NCBI GenBank assembly: GCA_030141605.1
Contig: JAQGDQ010000024.1
Span: forward strand, 992,001 to 1,056,000
Reading direction: 5' to 3'
Source: Tubiluchus corallicola
Taxonomy: Eukaryota; Animalia; Priapulida
DNA: 64,000 nucleotides
Positions 38,401 to 53,500 of the stretch are shown in pieces. The first letter of the stretch is position 1. Every line of letters starts with the position of its first letter. The notes under the pieces were generated by a model. That model had not been told where the DNA came from. It saw only the letters and a list, made by a program, of their open reading frames with translations, and ran no database searches. Both the position numbers and the translations under genes were made by a program.

Positions 38401-39154
38401 CCTGTGAACTGGATATGTATGCAAAATAAGGTTAACAAACCGTACTTCTTTATTAATTGTTTCCCATTATTACAATTACATTTTCGCTATGACAGTGTGA
38501 CATTGTACATGGTATCCACTGGGCTGACATACTGACATTATGTAAAATAATTGCAAGCACATTTCCTCTAGACTTTCTGTGCAGCTTGTTGTAGTCATAA
38601 TCATATATTGCACTATGATTTTGATTTCGGCAGTTCATCTCAGCGAGTTTGTTATTAGTTCGTTATCTCATTTTTTTAGAATAAACAACTATGCAGCCTC
38701 AAGCCTGATGTTTACTTGTATGCATTACAATTGTCATGCAGGTCTCCTAAGTAATAACTCATCAACTGTTCGGTTGCATAAATAAATAATACACACACGG
38801 ATATCACGTTAATGTGGAGTGAAAGATTATTATATTAAAGTGTAGCTAGAGTTGACTGATTATCACAGCTACATAATTCACCAATTTTAAGTGTCGGCCT
38901 TGAGGAATAATAACCCTTTGGTGTAGGTGCTTTAATTCTCAAGGTATTGAAAATTAAACAGAAAAAACCGATTTAGGTACAGTTATTTCACTGGTCCAAA
39001 ACTTGTTGAAACAAGGAATAATAATTAGCAAACTGTAACTATTTCTTCATTGCTTACCAATAATAAGGCACAAAATATCAATAAGAATTCCATAAAATAG
39101 ACGTTTATTTGTGATGCTTGTATTATTTACAATTTTACCGCAAGACGCTGCCAT
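32426..39154 (-). CDS. PLPP: Phospholipid (lipid phosphate) phosphatase, PAP2/PLPP1-3/wunen type, ~326 aa, 7 coding exons
   Basis: Exons 39058-39154, 37446-37597, 36940-37060, 35972-36167, 34999-35056, 33994-34170, 32426-32605; frame closes on TAG. PFRRGFFCNDESLKLPY; catalytic C1 KYSIGRLRP, C2 SFMSGH and C3 SRISDNKHHWSD are all intact; multiple hydrophobic segments. Confidence 0.95.
35095..35165 (+). mobile_element. tRNA-derived SINE head remnant, related to the 56536 copy
   Basis: tcgtgtaatggctagtgtgtacacttttcatctgggaggcataaagttcaactcc: A-box/B-box spacing, and shares tagtgtg...cttttca.c.gg with the 56536-56606 element. Confidence 0.45.
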
Positions 39155-41568
39155 TTTTCCTTCCCAGTGTTCCCTTTAAACCCATAGATAATGATATGCA
39201 TGTACTACGCAATATTCTTATCTATGTTCAAATCATACATATGAAACATGGGAAGAGGTATGCAGTGACTTATTAATGATAGTTGACAGGACACTTATTA
39301 ATGATAAATAGGACAAAAATAGTGAAGATTTGATATAACAAGTATCATGCTTTGATAAACCGCTTTTCAAAAATTAAAGTAATTAAAATTTAACAATAAC
39401 GGTTGACTTGTATAGTCTCTCAGAGAATATCGGTGAGGTCTGTTATGCTTGTAGTGTGAAAGCCTGGTTGAATGTATAATTACGTTATCCAATGATAATT
39501 TTTGGTAAATATAATAGTAATGTATACTGTTGGCGTGTTGCGTACTATTTGAAATGAAATCATTATATTTTATAGTTAGTTGATTTTTAAAGCTTCTAAT
39601 AAAAAATGGGATGGATCCAGTAAGACTTCTGGAAATGTTTTACAATTAATTTCAGTTTGCTGCTTTCAACTAAAAAACAAAACCAATGGTCTTCTATTTA
39701 GTGAGTGGCATATAGCTTGTCTGGACAGAGTTCAAAGAATACATATATACAGATGCAAGTAGTTTCAAGTCATATATAAAGTAAACCAAGATGCATCACT
39801 AAGATTTTACATTATGGTCTGTAATAAAATATGTCACTGTAGTCCTAACATAAAAATGGACAATTTCAGCTGTCGATGAAGTATTCTCCATTACAATTCC
39901 GATTCGTAACAAGCATCTAATAAGCCTATGAAGCTACAACAAATAAAATTTAGAGCCAATTAATAAATGTAACTTCAAATTATTTATTTCATTATCACAT
40001 AAACTATTACTTTTGAAAAAACCTTCACTGGTATTTAGAATAATGACACTAGAAATATTCAACCCTTAAAATTTATCATTAAATTTTAATATTATTTTAA
40101 CTGAAACAATCCACATTTCGGTCTTCTCACTAGACAGTAAATTTACATTAGATTCAGAAACGATTAAATAAATAAAATTTTCTTAATAGCATGTAGTGTT
40201 ACAACAGCACATTAAAAATATTTTGATATTAGTCTTTGGCATGTATAATATCATATCACAATTCGCAAAAGTGTAGGTCCATACATTCATGTCTCAAAAT
40301 ATAACAATTATTCAAAATAACAAATCTTAATTATAGTAAAATTAGTATATATCCCAAGTAAAGTAATCACAAAAATAAAATATAACATCTAATTACACTC
40401 CATGGGGCTTATGTAAATAGAGGCCACTATAACTTTGCATTGACTGAAATTGGTGACACATTAATTTTATTCATCGGAGTCCATTTTCTTTATCACAGTT
40501 CTTAGTCATACAGATGATCTCTTTTATATTTTAACTAGTACATTTTCACTCTTTTAACACTTATTTACACAAAAAAATGACAATTTAATGTATATGACAC
40601 TAAAAGATGTTATTAGTTCATGCACTATACTACAGGACACTTAGAATACCAAAATGACAACAGTGAATACATTTTTAGATGTCTTTTAATTTTAAAATGA
40701 CAGCATCTGTCGCAATGAAACTTTAAAATAATCCAATCTGAAGGGTACAAGAAGAAAAGGACAAGCGTTACTGAAATAATTATAGTGACGATCGTCATTA
40801 TTGACAACAAACGATCTGAAACAAATAGCAGATAAGAAAGCGTACTGCATGCATGATAGTGTATGCTTGCACGATCAATAACATATGTATATTCCTCTTT
40901 TACATTAGTGTGAAAATAAATGAAATAAATGCAAATGAAGATATACTACTCAAAGAGCCAAAATTTACCAGCCAAGTATAATTTCACAATGGGATTACCC
41001 AGATAAAACCATACAATTTTAAATTACCAACATGTCATTAAAATGTATGTACAGCATATTAAATTTTTTCAAATATCCTTCACTTGAAATACAATACAAA
41101 GTTAAGTAGCTATAAATTTACAATGATGTATTTAAATTAGTGTTACTGCATACATTACAGACACCAGTGGATAATGCATGACAAATATAAATGAAAAAAT
41201 GCACCCTGGGAGATTCAACAATTTTCTATATTTAGCAGCACGGTTTGAGAATGCCGTCCTTGTGTATTAAACAAATATAATAATATGTTTAATGATATAC
41301 AAGTTAATCACTGAACTTGTTAGAATATTTGAACCTCAATATGTTTAACAATTACCTCTTCACCTACTTCAGTCATGCCCTGAAGATTGTTTAGCAGGAA
41401 TGTTTTCTTAAATATTAAAAACCCGTATTTCCAAAATGCAAGATAACTTGACATGAAATAACAGGTGGATCTTAGTAAACAAAACGTGAAAATTTTATAT
41501 GCATTATTTGCAATAATAACCACGAAGCTTTCTTGTTCAGAATGGCAGTCAGGCATGCAGCACTTATG

Positions 41569-44500
41569 TCATAAATTAAAAGCATGATCGGTGTTCAGCA
41601 TTCCAGGTCCTTCGGATTCCAATTCAGATAAAGATTCTGGACTATCATCATTGGTATCTTCTGTAGAAATGCCAATTATGTGTTGCCTGAGCTCCAGCAA
41701 CGTGTTTTGCATCTAATTTCAATAAACAATTTGACAGCTTTAATATCAGCGACAGATATAATATGCCTGCAAAAACTGCAAGACCATAGGCATAAAATGT
41801 GCACAGCAAACTTGCAAATTGTCCCTTATGCCTAATTACATTATTGTCTAACGCACACAACAAATTTACACTGTAAAATAACCTAACTAGATGCATTAGC
41901 CAAAAACTATGAAACCAATTGAAACAATGAAAGTAACTAAAAAACTATATAGTATGGCCTATAGAGAGAACAGCTGAGACCGTCTGCAACTGCGAGCATT
42001 ATTTGGACACCACTGTGGCTGCCATATTGGATGTTGTTATTTGGATAGAGTGGGCAACATCGACAGTAGTTGTAAAATTGCTATTTTGGATGCTAGTTTG
42101 GCTGCCACATTGGGGGTGGGGTGGTCATTATTTAGGATAGAGTAGGGACATCGATACAGCATACTGGATGACTGTATGTACTAGAACATCCTAAAGAGTG
42201 CTGTGCTAACCTGGATGTGATTTTGATTGCCACACTGGAGGTAATTACCTAACTGACATTAGCGAAAACCTTTCTGAGGACATGCTACGCTGTGGGCAAA
42301 CATAAAAAACACGTAGATATACAGATTTTCATCTTTTTATATTAACAGATTTAGAGATATGTACAGCCAGTCACTGACTTGCGAACACTTTAGCTTGCAA
42401 TCAACAGGAATTAAAACAAGTAAAAGTCAATTATGAACTATTGTGTAAATGTTGAACTAATATGATTATGCAATTTTATCATTAACAAATTTCACATTAA
42501 TGATCTACTGCACTTGGCAAAGCAATAAAATAAGTACCTGTTCAACAACTTTTACATTAAGTTTCACTATGTCTTTGATTTTCTTCATTTCATTATTGTG
42601 CATGTCTTTCTGTTCCTTGAATAAATCAGACCAGTGGTCTATGAAAGTTAGAGGTTTTCTGAAAGTATAAGCAAAAGTGTACTGAAGGTGTATGTTTAAA
42701 TGTTTATTAACCATACACCAGTTTTACATAAAGTTGAACAACTATCTAGCAAAGAATTATTCAACTAGTGTAAGAAACGTCCATACCCGTCAGTTTTATC
42801 GTTGAAAAAATTGTTGTAGACTTCTCGTGCCTTTAATTCCTCCTCAAATGCTCTGATTTGACGATACAAGTTCAAGTTAACAAATATCAAAACAACAAGT
42901 CTATAAAAAAAGAACAAATGTGTTTAAAATTATGACAGTAGTATTGGACCATCATAGTTTCTTTTTATTCCTGCAGGAGTTTTCATCACTTAATAAAAGC
43001 AATTTACAAGATCTATGACAACAATTAATTGGAAAAAAGCAGTGTAAAACAGACTGTTTTAATGTACTTTTAATAATCAAAGTCAACAAATCCTTAATAG
43101 CAAGAACAATAATGACAGTATGCAAACACTGCGCAGTAAATCAGATTTTTTCAATTTTCTTCATTTAAATTTAACATTTCAACTAGTTTCCAGTCACAGT
43201 CATCACATAATTTATCTGACATTAACATTAGAAAAATTGTAAAGTTCTTTTATTGTGCGTGGCATGAAGAATTCGTATGATGCATGCCGTGTTAGGAAAT
43301 TACTTGCACTATATACCATTGAAATTGCGATTTTCTTCCCTTTAATAAAGTTTACGTCTCTTTCATTTAAATTTGTTGAATTCCACTTTACATTGCACCA
43401 GTGGGATATTTGTATCAGTTGATATAACAGTGTGTAGTAAATGAGAAAAAACTGAACTAGGTAATAAACAGAACTTACACAGCAAGCACAGTCTTGAGAA
43501 AAACTCTAGGGTTCATCCAAAGTATCATGTTAATGTTTTGATCATTGGAAGGAGCTGAAATAGGAAGTGACGGCAATTCTATGATATAATATAAAGCATT
43601 CAGAGGCATAATTTAGCGCTGGTAAATATCAAAGTGTAAAGTGTGAAAGCTAAACAAATGTGACAGAGGTTCCTTCTTTATTCTGAAGTAGTTCCAATGT
43701 TTAACAATCGACTGCAACCAGGAACAAATCAAAATAATTTTATTCAAATTATTATAATTAACTCACTGAGTTATCAGGCAAAGGCAGCTAGTTTTTTTTC
43801 CAAACTGTTTCTAAGAGATAGAGTAAATATCCTGAATAATGCTAAAGAGAACACAACCAAATTTTAGACCCTTGAGTAAAATGATTCAAGTTACAAAACA
43901 CTGAAAGGGAAAATTATGTTTTTTTAACAATGACTTACACTCTTATGTGAAAGACTGTTACCATGGTAGCCTAAGTTCGTTAGTTTTGTTTGTTGAATGT
44001 TCTTAGCCATGCTAGATAGGGAGCTTATAATTTGAAAATGTATTAAACAAAAAAAATATTTACCTGATCAGGAGAACACATGAAATTTCTGACAAAAAGT
44101 TAGCCTTGCAAAATAACAAGTTAGTCCATTTACAATATTTGAACTTAAAATACGCTGAGTTCTAGCAATTTTCTGAAGGAGTCAAACAGAAGGGCAGTAT
44201 TTCATTTTTGGTTTAACAAACATGCGACAGATGCGTATGTAAGCTTACTGTAATTAAAAATTTTCTCCATTTGTGAATATATAGCTGGTTTTCCTCCGTT
44301 CTTGTAGGCCATTAATTAAAGTTTTAAGCTAACATTTAGTTATCAGAATCCATTAAATTTTACTACAGATAATAAAATGCATATTTCAGATCATAGACCA
44401 AAAAGAGAAACATTTGAGAAATTGGTTTTCCTTGAAGCTGGAATAAAAAAAATGTTACAATTTGTGTTGACAGGATGTTATCTTTATTATACGCAGCAAC

Positions 44501-47500
44501 GTAACCACATGTTATAATGTTCTGATTCAAATTCAGTAGCAAGGTGGAGAAAGTTTTCCAAACCCATATTGATAATTTGATTCAAGTAATTACTATTATT
44601 CAAATAAATTCCATCACATTAGTGAAAATTTTAGCTCTTGCTAGCTTAGTTGACTTGCATAGGACTAATCAGTGGTAATCGTAAACAACATACACTGCAG
44701 TTACATTAACTAATATAACAGGGATGGATTGATAGAAAGCACATACTTTTAACAAAAGGACTGATACTCACTATAAATTGTCGGGCCGCCTGGAGGGGGA
44801 GCACCTTGTAAAGGTGCTGAAGAATTGAATTCAGGACTAGTTTTTGGTATGGCTGGAACAATAGGTGAAATATCTTCTACATTGCTGAGCTTGCCATCAA
44901 CAAACTCCATGAGTTTTTTATCTAAAATGCATAGAGATATCCAAATTAGGTCGAGAGGAATTCTTCACTTGTTCCTCGATAACCTGCAAAATCTGTGCAG
45001 CCTGGTAATGTACACATTATATAATGAAATCACATTTGCTAAATTCAATCTTACTGCTTCACTATTTTGCATAAAATTATTATGTCAGATTTCAGCACCA
45101 AATTTCGACCAACATGCAAAATTTTTGCACACAATAATTAAATGTAAAGTTTCTAATATAATTAAACCATGTAGGCCTAATGCTTCCACACAGAACTGTA
45201 TTTAGGCCCGAATGCTTTTATGGAAACTTGGACTTTTGATTCAAACAATCAAACTTAGTGTAACTTGTCTTTGATATTGTTGGAAAGTAAAAGTCTGTAT
45301 ATACAGTTGTACACTAATGCAAGCATGTGTGCACACGCATCCAAGCACGCATGCACAAGTACATGTGTAAAGTTTAATTTAGGCCACATTACAAAACCAA
45401 TAATAGCCCAAAAATAGGTATTAAAATTTACTACGATTATAAATAAATAATTTATTGAGGATCCAGCACACTACAAATACAATAGGCCTGAGATCCTGTA
45501 TGAAAAGACACTTTTACAATACTTTACATGCTATTTTGGACAGTTTGGCACCTATAACTCTAAATTCAGCACTCACTTCAAATGAAATAAAGAAAAAGTT
45601 TAAGTAATTGATCAAAAACTAATTACTAGACAAGATTGTCAGATATCAGTTTATTAAAACCCTTACTTGATTATAAAAGTATTGACAAACCTAGTAAAGC
45701 ATAGTGATCCTTCATGCCTGATACAGTATTCTTCTCTATAAGAGCTAAAATAAAAATAAATTATGTTTTGCGTACAGTATTGCATACTACTGTTTCTTAA
45801 TGGTTTAATAAATAATAAATTAACAGAATTAAACAAAACCAGTCATATTCCTTTGATGTCTTCTCTAATTATAAAGGATATAGCTTGTGGAAGACACTAA
45901 CAAAAGATAAACACCAAAGGTATCGTTCAGTGGTTTATTCCAATTTGAAAATTACTGCTGTCACTCACCACACAGGGAGATGACCTCAAATTTGTGAAAT
46001 TATTAGTCGTAGCAGTTTCCAGTAAACTTGTTACTACAACATTTACTAAAATCTAGTATAAACTCAGGATACCGGCAGCATTTTTTACGAGTAGCAGGTG
46101 AAACTGATTCAGCTCATTGTAATTATGTACAGTACACAGTTCATCATTCAAATGGTGACAAAACAGTAGCACATATTCAGATGCTAGGCTGGCTTACACT
46201 AAATGCTTGCAAAATGCAGATCAACATCATCATTATCATCATCATCATCATCATCATCATCATATATAAAAAAATAGAGAAAGGTTGGGCCTGCGACTCT
46301 ACAACTATGCAAAAAGATGTTGCAAGAGCCACGATGCGGCAGATGCAAAGGTCTCTGACTAACAAGACTGAAACCAAAATGGTTATGGCATTACCTGTGA
46401 AGTTTTTGTTTACTTGCTTTTGTTGTGTGTTTTTATTTGTTTGTTAGCTGCCATGTTACTCTGCATTTCTATTCTTTCCATGCAATACGCAAGTGTTTAT
46501 GTATCTTTTAAAAGCATTGGCAGTGTTCTATGTTTGGCACATTAAGAGCCACTAATAATTTCAGAAACAACATACAAAACCCCCAAAATGTAATAATTAT
46601 AAAACAGATATAACTCAATAAAAACATCACATAATGGCAAAATGTAACTAAATAATACTGTACGTACACTTAACAAAGCCGAAAGGGTTCTTGATATAGG
46701 TGATGTACCAGCGAGCGATCATATGACACCGGCTGTCATTTATTCTTGTTATGCAAAACTTGCTCTCGACGGCAAACGTTTCCCCATAGGGTACGCCACC
46801 ATTTTGAACATATGAACTGATCCTGTATACTTTGCCAACAACCTTCTCTGTGAGAGACTGTACAATTTGACCAAATTCACCATGCAAGAAAAACAGCTAA
46901 TTATGAATGGATTACTTTAGATGAAAGTATGCTTCTTGTTACATACTACAAAATGTTTGAAAATAACATTTAATAAACAGTCTTTTGAACTGTATTTAAT
47001 ACCTTCTAAACAGCCTTAATTAGTATAACAGATTACCGAATGGAAACATTTTTTTAAATCTTTTAATTATTTCAAATGTTTATTATAAGATTACCATCAA
47101 TAATAAAACTACTACAATAAAAATCGTTCAGACCAATTTCAGTTAAAAAAACAGTGAAAAAGCTGTAAGTGAATCTGGATTTAAACAAAAAACCTTTAGA
47201 ATACATGGCAAATGTGTTATAGTCTAAAGAATACAGCATTTATGATCAAGGTAAGTCCAAAGAATCAACAAAACAAGGTCTATCTTAATCACAAGTGGCA
47301 GTGTGATATAGTATTCTATGCTGTTCAAAACAAGTTCCATGCCAGCTTTGTTTCACATTTTCTTTTTTCAGAGTTTCATTGTAATTTAGTTTAAAAATTT
47401 AATTCAATCATTAATAATAATCTTGAAATTAAGACTATGATCTGTCAAGTTTTGCAAACAATGGATTTTTCTAAATATCAAGTGCCCGTTAAGAAGACCA

Positions 47501-50500
47501 AAAATTACCTGCTGATCAGATGTAGATGCTATCTTGTCACCTAGTGTTGTTTTTATGGGCAGTAAATAGTTGAGAGTTCTGACTTCTCTTCCATCTTCTC
47601 CTTGCCACCAAGGTTGTTCCACAAAGTCTATAAAAGAAATAAAAAAACCGTGAAGCAAGACAAGTGCATTGTGTAGTTAATTAAAAAACAATGACCAGAG
47701 TGAAGTGATTGAAATAAAAGCATTCATTACATTATCAAAGGATTTCTAATGAACACAGAACAGAGCTTTAAAAGAAGATTGTATACCAAGTACACAAAGC
47801 GGAAAAAATCGAGAAGAAAATTACAGCAAATAATAAAAAATATCGTTTTTGCGTTTTTCCCCGTTTTAAACAGTTACTGTTTGAACAATTACGTAAGTGT
47901 GGTGCAGCTCCAATAGCAGACAATTACCCAATGTTTTGTGTACATTAAAGTATGGAAGCAAATAGTATTTATGCAATATAAAACAATGCAACAAAAACAA
48001 ATAACAGCCTACATACTTGACACTTTGCGTGCATTGTTGAAGTCCTTTGACCAGGGCGAGTCCGTAAAAACATTTTCGAACACTTGTTCAACGGAGATTT
48101 CATAATCTTTGTCTATCATAATGTGACCATCATGACTGTTGCATCCACAAAAAATTGGCCCTGTTATAAATTTCCCAAAAATATAAAATAAAATAAACAA
48201 AAATATCAGCGAATCATTTATTGTATAAGAAAGCTGCAAAAAATAGATTAACAAAAGAAAATTAGTTCTAAAGGCTATAAATGGTAGTGTTGCTATTACA
48301 TCTATAGCTCTAGTTCAGCAAACTGTTTCACAGGTAATTAAGTATGAATGGTAGAGTTAATCTCAGTAGATGAACTATAAGTGATATGCGTTAGCATCAA
48401 TAAAGTAACATGCATGAAAATTAATGCGATGAAAAACTGCTTGTAACATTTAAAAAACAAAATTATGATTTCTATCTACCATGTGCAGTCACAGAGTAAA
48501 ATAACATAGCTGCAAACACTACAAAAATGGATAATAAAACTTTATAGTATAATACCTTGACTACCAATAATTACGAAGTATATTATTTAAGAAGCTACTT
48601 TTACCAAAGTGGCACGTGATGATCTGGTTTAGTTTTTCATTATGACGTCGTAGTTTGTGGAACATGCACAATGTAATGTATTAGGAACCATAATGTGATT
48701 ATGTTGTGGAATCTCTATGAAAGTGTAAGACAAAAAGGCTGAAGAAAGAACAGATTCAACCACTAATAAAGAAATGTTGGTACCGTCAGGTTCATCACCA
48801 CTTTCGTCAGACTCGCTTCCAGAACTTTCCTTGTCATCTCCAAGTATTCTAGCTCTATTACTTTTCCCGTCTTTGGTGATTCTTGACGTCTGACTGTTAC
48901 TATCGGATGCTCGTTCGATGTTGTTATTACTGTCATTGCTGTTATGTCTGTTCTTGGAAGTACCCTTAGTTTGCTATGAAGGGATATTTGATTAAGATAC
49001 TAGAATGTCAGTAAAATACAGCTAGTTTACAAAAAGACAGAAGAGTTAACATAACAAGAATTAAAACAAAGACAACTTGAGCAGATCTGTGAGACTGTTT
49101 ATGATCTGTGCCACTCTAGCGACTGCTTAAGCTATTTTCAATCATTCAATGATGACTGTTTAGAAAACAACAAACAAACGTTCAGGAAAAAATTTAGAGA
49201 ATTTTCGGAAAAGTTTTTCAGCTTCTGTTTACTGTTATTCATGCAATGCTCATTCGCAGGGCTTGGCTTGGTTTGGCGTTAGAGGGAAAGGCAGCTCAAA
49301 CTGGTCAGGTTTCTCCGGACGTTTAGGGTGTCCTGTTGCTGACAGTGATGTATGTTACTTCAACAAATCTAAAGTTCTTTTAGTTGCAAGTAATACTGAC
49401 CATTTAATTGAATAACTTGATCTGCTGGCTTATTCTTTTTATTTTAAAACTACTAAATTCTCGCCTCAGTCTAGAGACTTCAATGTGACAAATTAGTTTA
49501 GTAAGAAAGCTGAGGGTAAAACCACACTCACAAGCTCCTATTTTCTGGTGAGGCTAGGCTGAGAGCTGAGCATTTAGTGGTTTCAAAATACAAATAATAA
49601 GCCAGCAAATCAAGTTATTAATTTCATTTATTACGTTACTTGGCTGCAATTCATTTATACTGACCTTATAACAAACTGACCAAAAAGCTTAGGTTTTCGA
49701 ATTAGCTCAATTTTTAGTAAAAGAAGGCGTCGTTTACAAGGTGCTAAAAATTGTTTAAATCATTGCCACTTCGTTTAGATTATCTGTTGTCTGTAAAATG
49801 TTATATGCAAACAGCATGTAAGTTATACTGGTGGAAAAAGCTCAGTTTTTTCTATAAACCAGTAAAACAGAAATGCAGGTGTGTATACCAAGCAGTGGTA
49901 TTGTTTCGAGTTCTCATACCTCTATAGTTGTTTCAACAAAGACAGATGGCACAGATTTTGCTTTTCTTAAAGCATGGGTGTTGTAGGAACTATCAGTTGT
50001 CTCTTTTCCAGTGTTTGACTGATGATTCTCGATTCCGATTTGATCCACGCCACTGCTCCAACTGACACGTGTCGCAGAGAACTTCGGTTTTCTGTTTTTC
50101 TTGTTTTTAACATTTTTGTGCTGTGTAGGTAGGTGAACATTTGCAGAAGGATCAACGTAGTCCTCATCTTCTGAGGTTAGCCCAAGATCATCGCCATAAG
50201 CTTGATGAATCCAGTACCACAGTTCTTGTGGTAGCATCGGCTAAAATTTAGCACAGTTGTTAATGAGCTATCTGAAAGCACATTCATCTTCCTAATAAAT
50301 GTGGCAAATGATTACATACAAATATAGTTTTCATTTTTGCGTATTTTCGTATTTAAAATAGCTTTGGAGCTCATTTATAAACAAGTGTTCACATTTAAGA
50401 GGTTGATGATTTTGTTTGTCTAACTGCTAACCTGGTCTAGCAAAGCATTCTGCCAGATTCGAAATATCATGATAAATGACTTGTCTCGATTTCTGAAAGA

Positions 50501-53500
50501 TGTAAACAACCATTTTTCCGTTTCTGTAGACACTTTTATGGCAGTTGGTACGACCCGCACAGTCTTTTCTTTCCGTATTGACTTAATGTCTTGTATCTTT
50601 ACCACAACCTAACAATAGTTTTCTTGATAACAAACAAGCAAATTTAAAAATAAATTGTAGAGAGGGAAAGTAGGTGAGTAGTCACAATGGCTTGAATGTA
50701 AGAGTTAAGTAATACACAGCCTAGATAGATGCTATTGCTTGGCTTTAGCAGTATAGTACTAAATGTACGGTGAACTTTCATCTGTGGTATTTCAAGTTAA
50801 TCACTGTAACGTTTTGTAGTAATTGTTGTAGAACTAAAAGCTAGTCATACAGCCATATTGCTCTGACTTATTCTAGCACTGAGTAAGAGTGTACACACAA
50901 CTGAAAGCACTTTATATCACCTCCACCAGCACAGTGTCTCATTTTACAAGAATTATCCCAGGTAACGAGCTAGCTTTTGGTTCTACATCCAGCAAATGAG
51001 TGCTTGAAAACTGAGCTGCCACAAAACGTTACAGTGATTAATTTAAAAAACCACAGATGAACGCTCACAGTATGTTTAAGTTAATATGTAAATTCCAGTG
51101 TGCGAGTCATCTAGGAAAATATTTATGTGGATAATTAATTAGCATTTAGCCAAACTAACAGTGACTGTGATAGCAAGAATGTGGCACAGAAGAAGTTTCA
51201 AGCTATTTCAATCCATAAACATATTTTGTCCTATGATATTTTACTGTCATAACTATTTAACCATGAGTATTTTCTCCGAAAAATATCCAAGAATAAAGTA
51301 AAGTTGGCCTCACTTACATGAGTTTCCCATTTAAAGAGGTTTGCATGGAAGCACAACCAGTTTTGAGTTAAATATAATCGTCCCAAGATAATAACATCTT
51401 TTTGCAAACCACAAGAATAGTCTACAACAAAATAGAGGTTATCACAACATGAAGATAGAACACTATTCATCTTGCATTGATTGCGTCTACGCCTCCGAAA
51501 TTTTTGGAAAACTCCAAGAAAAATAAGAAAGAAAAACTTATTGGTCTATTCACACTTTCAGTCACACATTTAACAGAATTGTAGGAACATGTTATATTGG
51601 TAATATTAATGGTTTTCCAATCTCCAATGTACTTTATCCTTCACTAATATGGATGAGCTTTGAAGCACCCTTCTCTATACTACCCCGACGAAAAATAGCA
51701 ACAAACTCGCGTAGGAAGATTGTAGATTTGTAAAATTTAGCACTGTTGCTTTGCAGTTGCGATAAGGTGTGAGGATAAACTGAAAAATGATAATGCTTCA
51801 AAAATTGTGATATTCAGAGACGTCTTCAAATGTTAACACAGAAAAGAATGTGACTGATGGTAAACATATTCTGCAGTTGACACAAAACGTGTAGAGCGTG
51901 TTGCAAGCAGCGTTTTTGTAAAAATTAAGTGCATTTTGTCTTTCTACTGTTCTGACAGAGTCAACCTTTTCAGTGCACTGGATCGAAATGCTACCCTCTG
52001 AAAAATGCTGCCCTAGGCAAACCACCACCCAGTAGCTATATCACTGAATAATACCTGCCAGGAGACGCTCAGATTCCGGAATCCGATCATGGAACAGCTT
52101 CTTGAACTCCTCTGTTTTAGCCTTGTATGTAGACGAGTAAAACGTCTGCAAAAAAAAATATAATTTTGTTTTGTTTCCTAACACAGCATGCTTTTAAATA
52201 ATATTAAAAAGTGGCAATGACAGAATTCTTGTGAAAATTCTACTTAACTTTACATTAACACTAGTTAAAATAGCAACTTTTAACACTTAGAAGCTAGGCA
52301 TTAAAATACCGATTTGTCATATGATTATGCAAAAATGCCCATTTCTTAGATTCCTGAACAGTTCATTTGTTTATCTTGGTAATTGCTAACTGTGTACAAC
52401 AGTCTAAATTATAGGCAAAAATTCAAATTTGCATAATCTGCTCAATGCTTAAACAAAGTACATAATACTCAGCTTTGAAGTTTCAGCTAATTTGTCTGCT
52501 GCTTTCCATCAATTAGTATAGCACCTATTTGCAAAAAAGCAATATGTATGTGGACTTTTTTTGGCTACCAGCTTTATTTTTCTAATAAGTATGATGAAAA
52601 AAGTAGTATGAAAAATGGCCTTTTTTAGGGCAAAACATTACTCTACATTCTTTACTCGTGCTTGTTGCAACACAGGAAATGTTTTCGCCTTACTTGTTTG
52701 TTCGGTGATTAGACAAGTTCTTTTTCAACCTACCCACTTTGTCTATAATAATGTATGGAGTCTACAGGCTCTCAAACATACACAATTGTTTATTATTATG
52801 CAACCCCTCTCCCCCAGTCAGCAGTATACCCCTAGTATAGTTTGCAAACCAAGTACCATGGGTTGGGCACCTTGATTTTCAAGCCATTCAAGTTAACAAT
52901 TTATATAAAGGGCAATAGAAAGGTATGAAAAGAAGTGTGCTTAACTATAGAGGTCGTTTCTACGTACCTAAGAATATCTCATGTATAATTAAAAACTACA
53001 TATTTGTTAAGCGACACTAGATCACTTGCATGGGTTACATTTCTTGAGCAGCTTCCTACAAAAAGAGCTGGCTGTCAGGTGACTTCAGTTTACCAAAATA
53101 AAAAGTTATGCTGTCTGATGTTTGCTTTAAATCTCGCATAATAATCCAGAAATTTAATATCTTCATTACAATCAGGGATGAGAATGACAAATTGCAAAAA
53201 ACTCTGAAACAGGGCGGGGGGTTTTGGAGCAAAGGAGCCAGCAACAAATTGCAATTTTGTGACCATAGAGAGCCTCTAAGTGGACTTAAAATATCAATTA
53301 CCTTGTTTCATGCATAATTTAAAATACCCAACTATCTAGGACACATGATACATATGATTGTGAAGCTTCAAAAAATTAAAAAAATTTATTTTGTATATAT
53401 TTTGTTGCCTATATTTCATAAATTATAAAATTAAACCTGGTTTTATTCAAATTACGCTTTGATATTTCGGTTGTTTGTGTCTGGAGGCCTCAAAGCTTCG

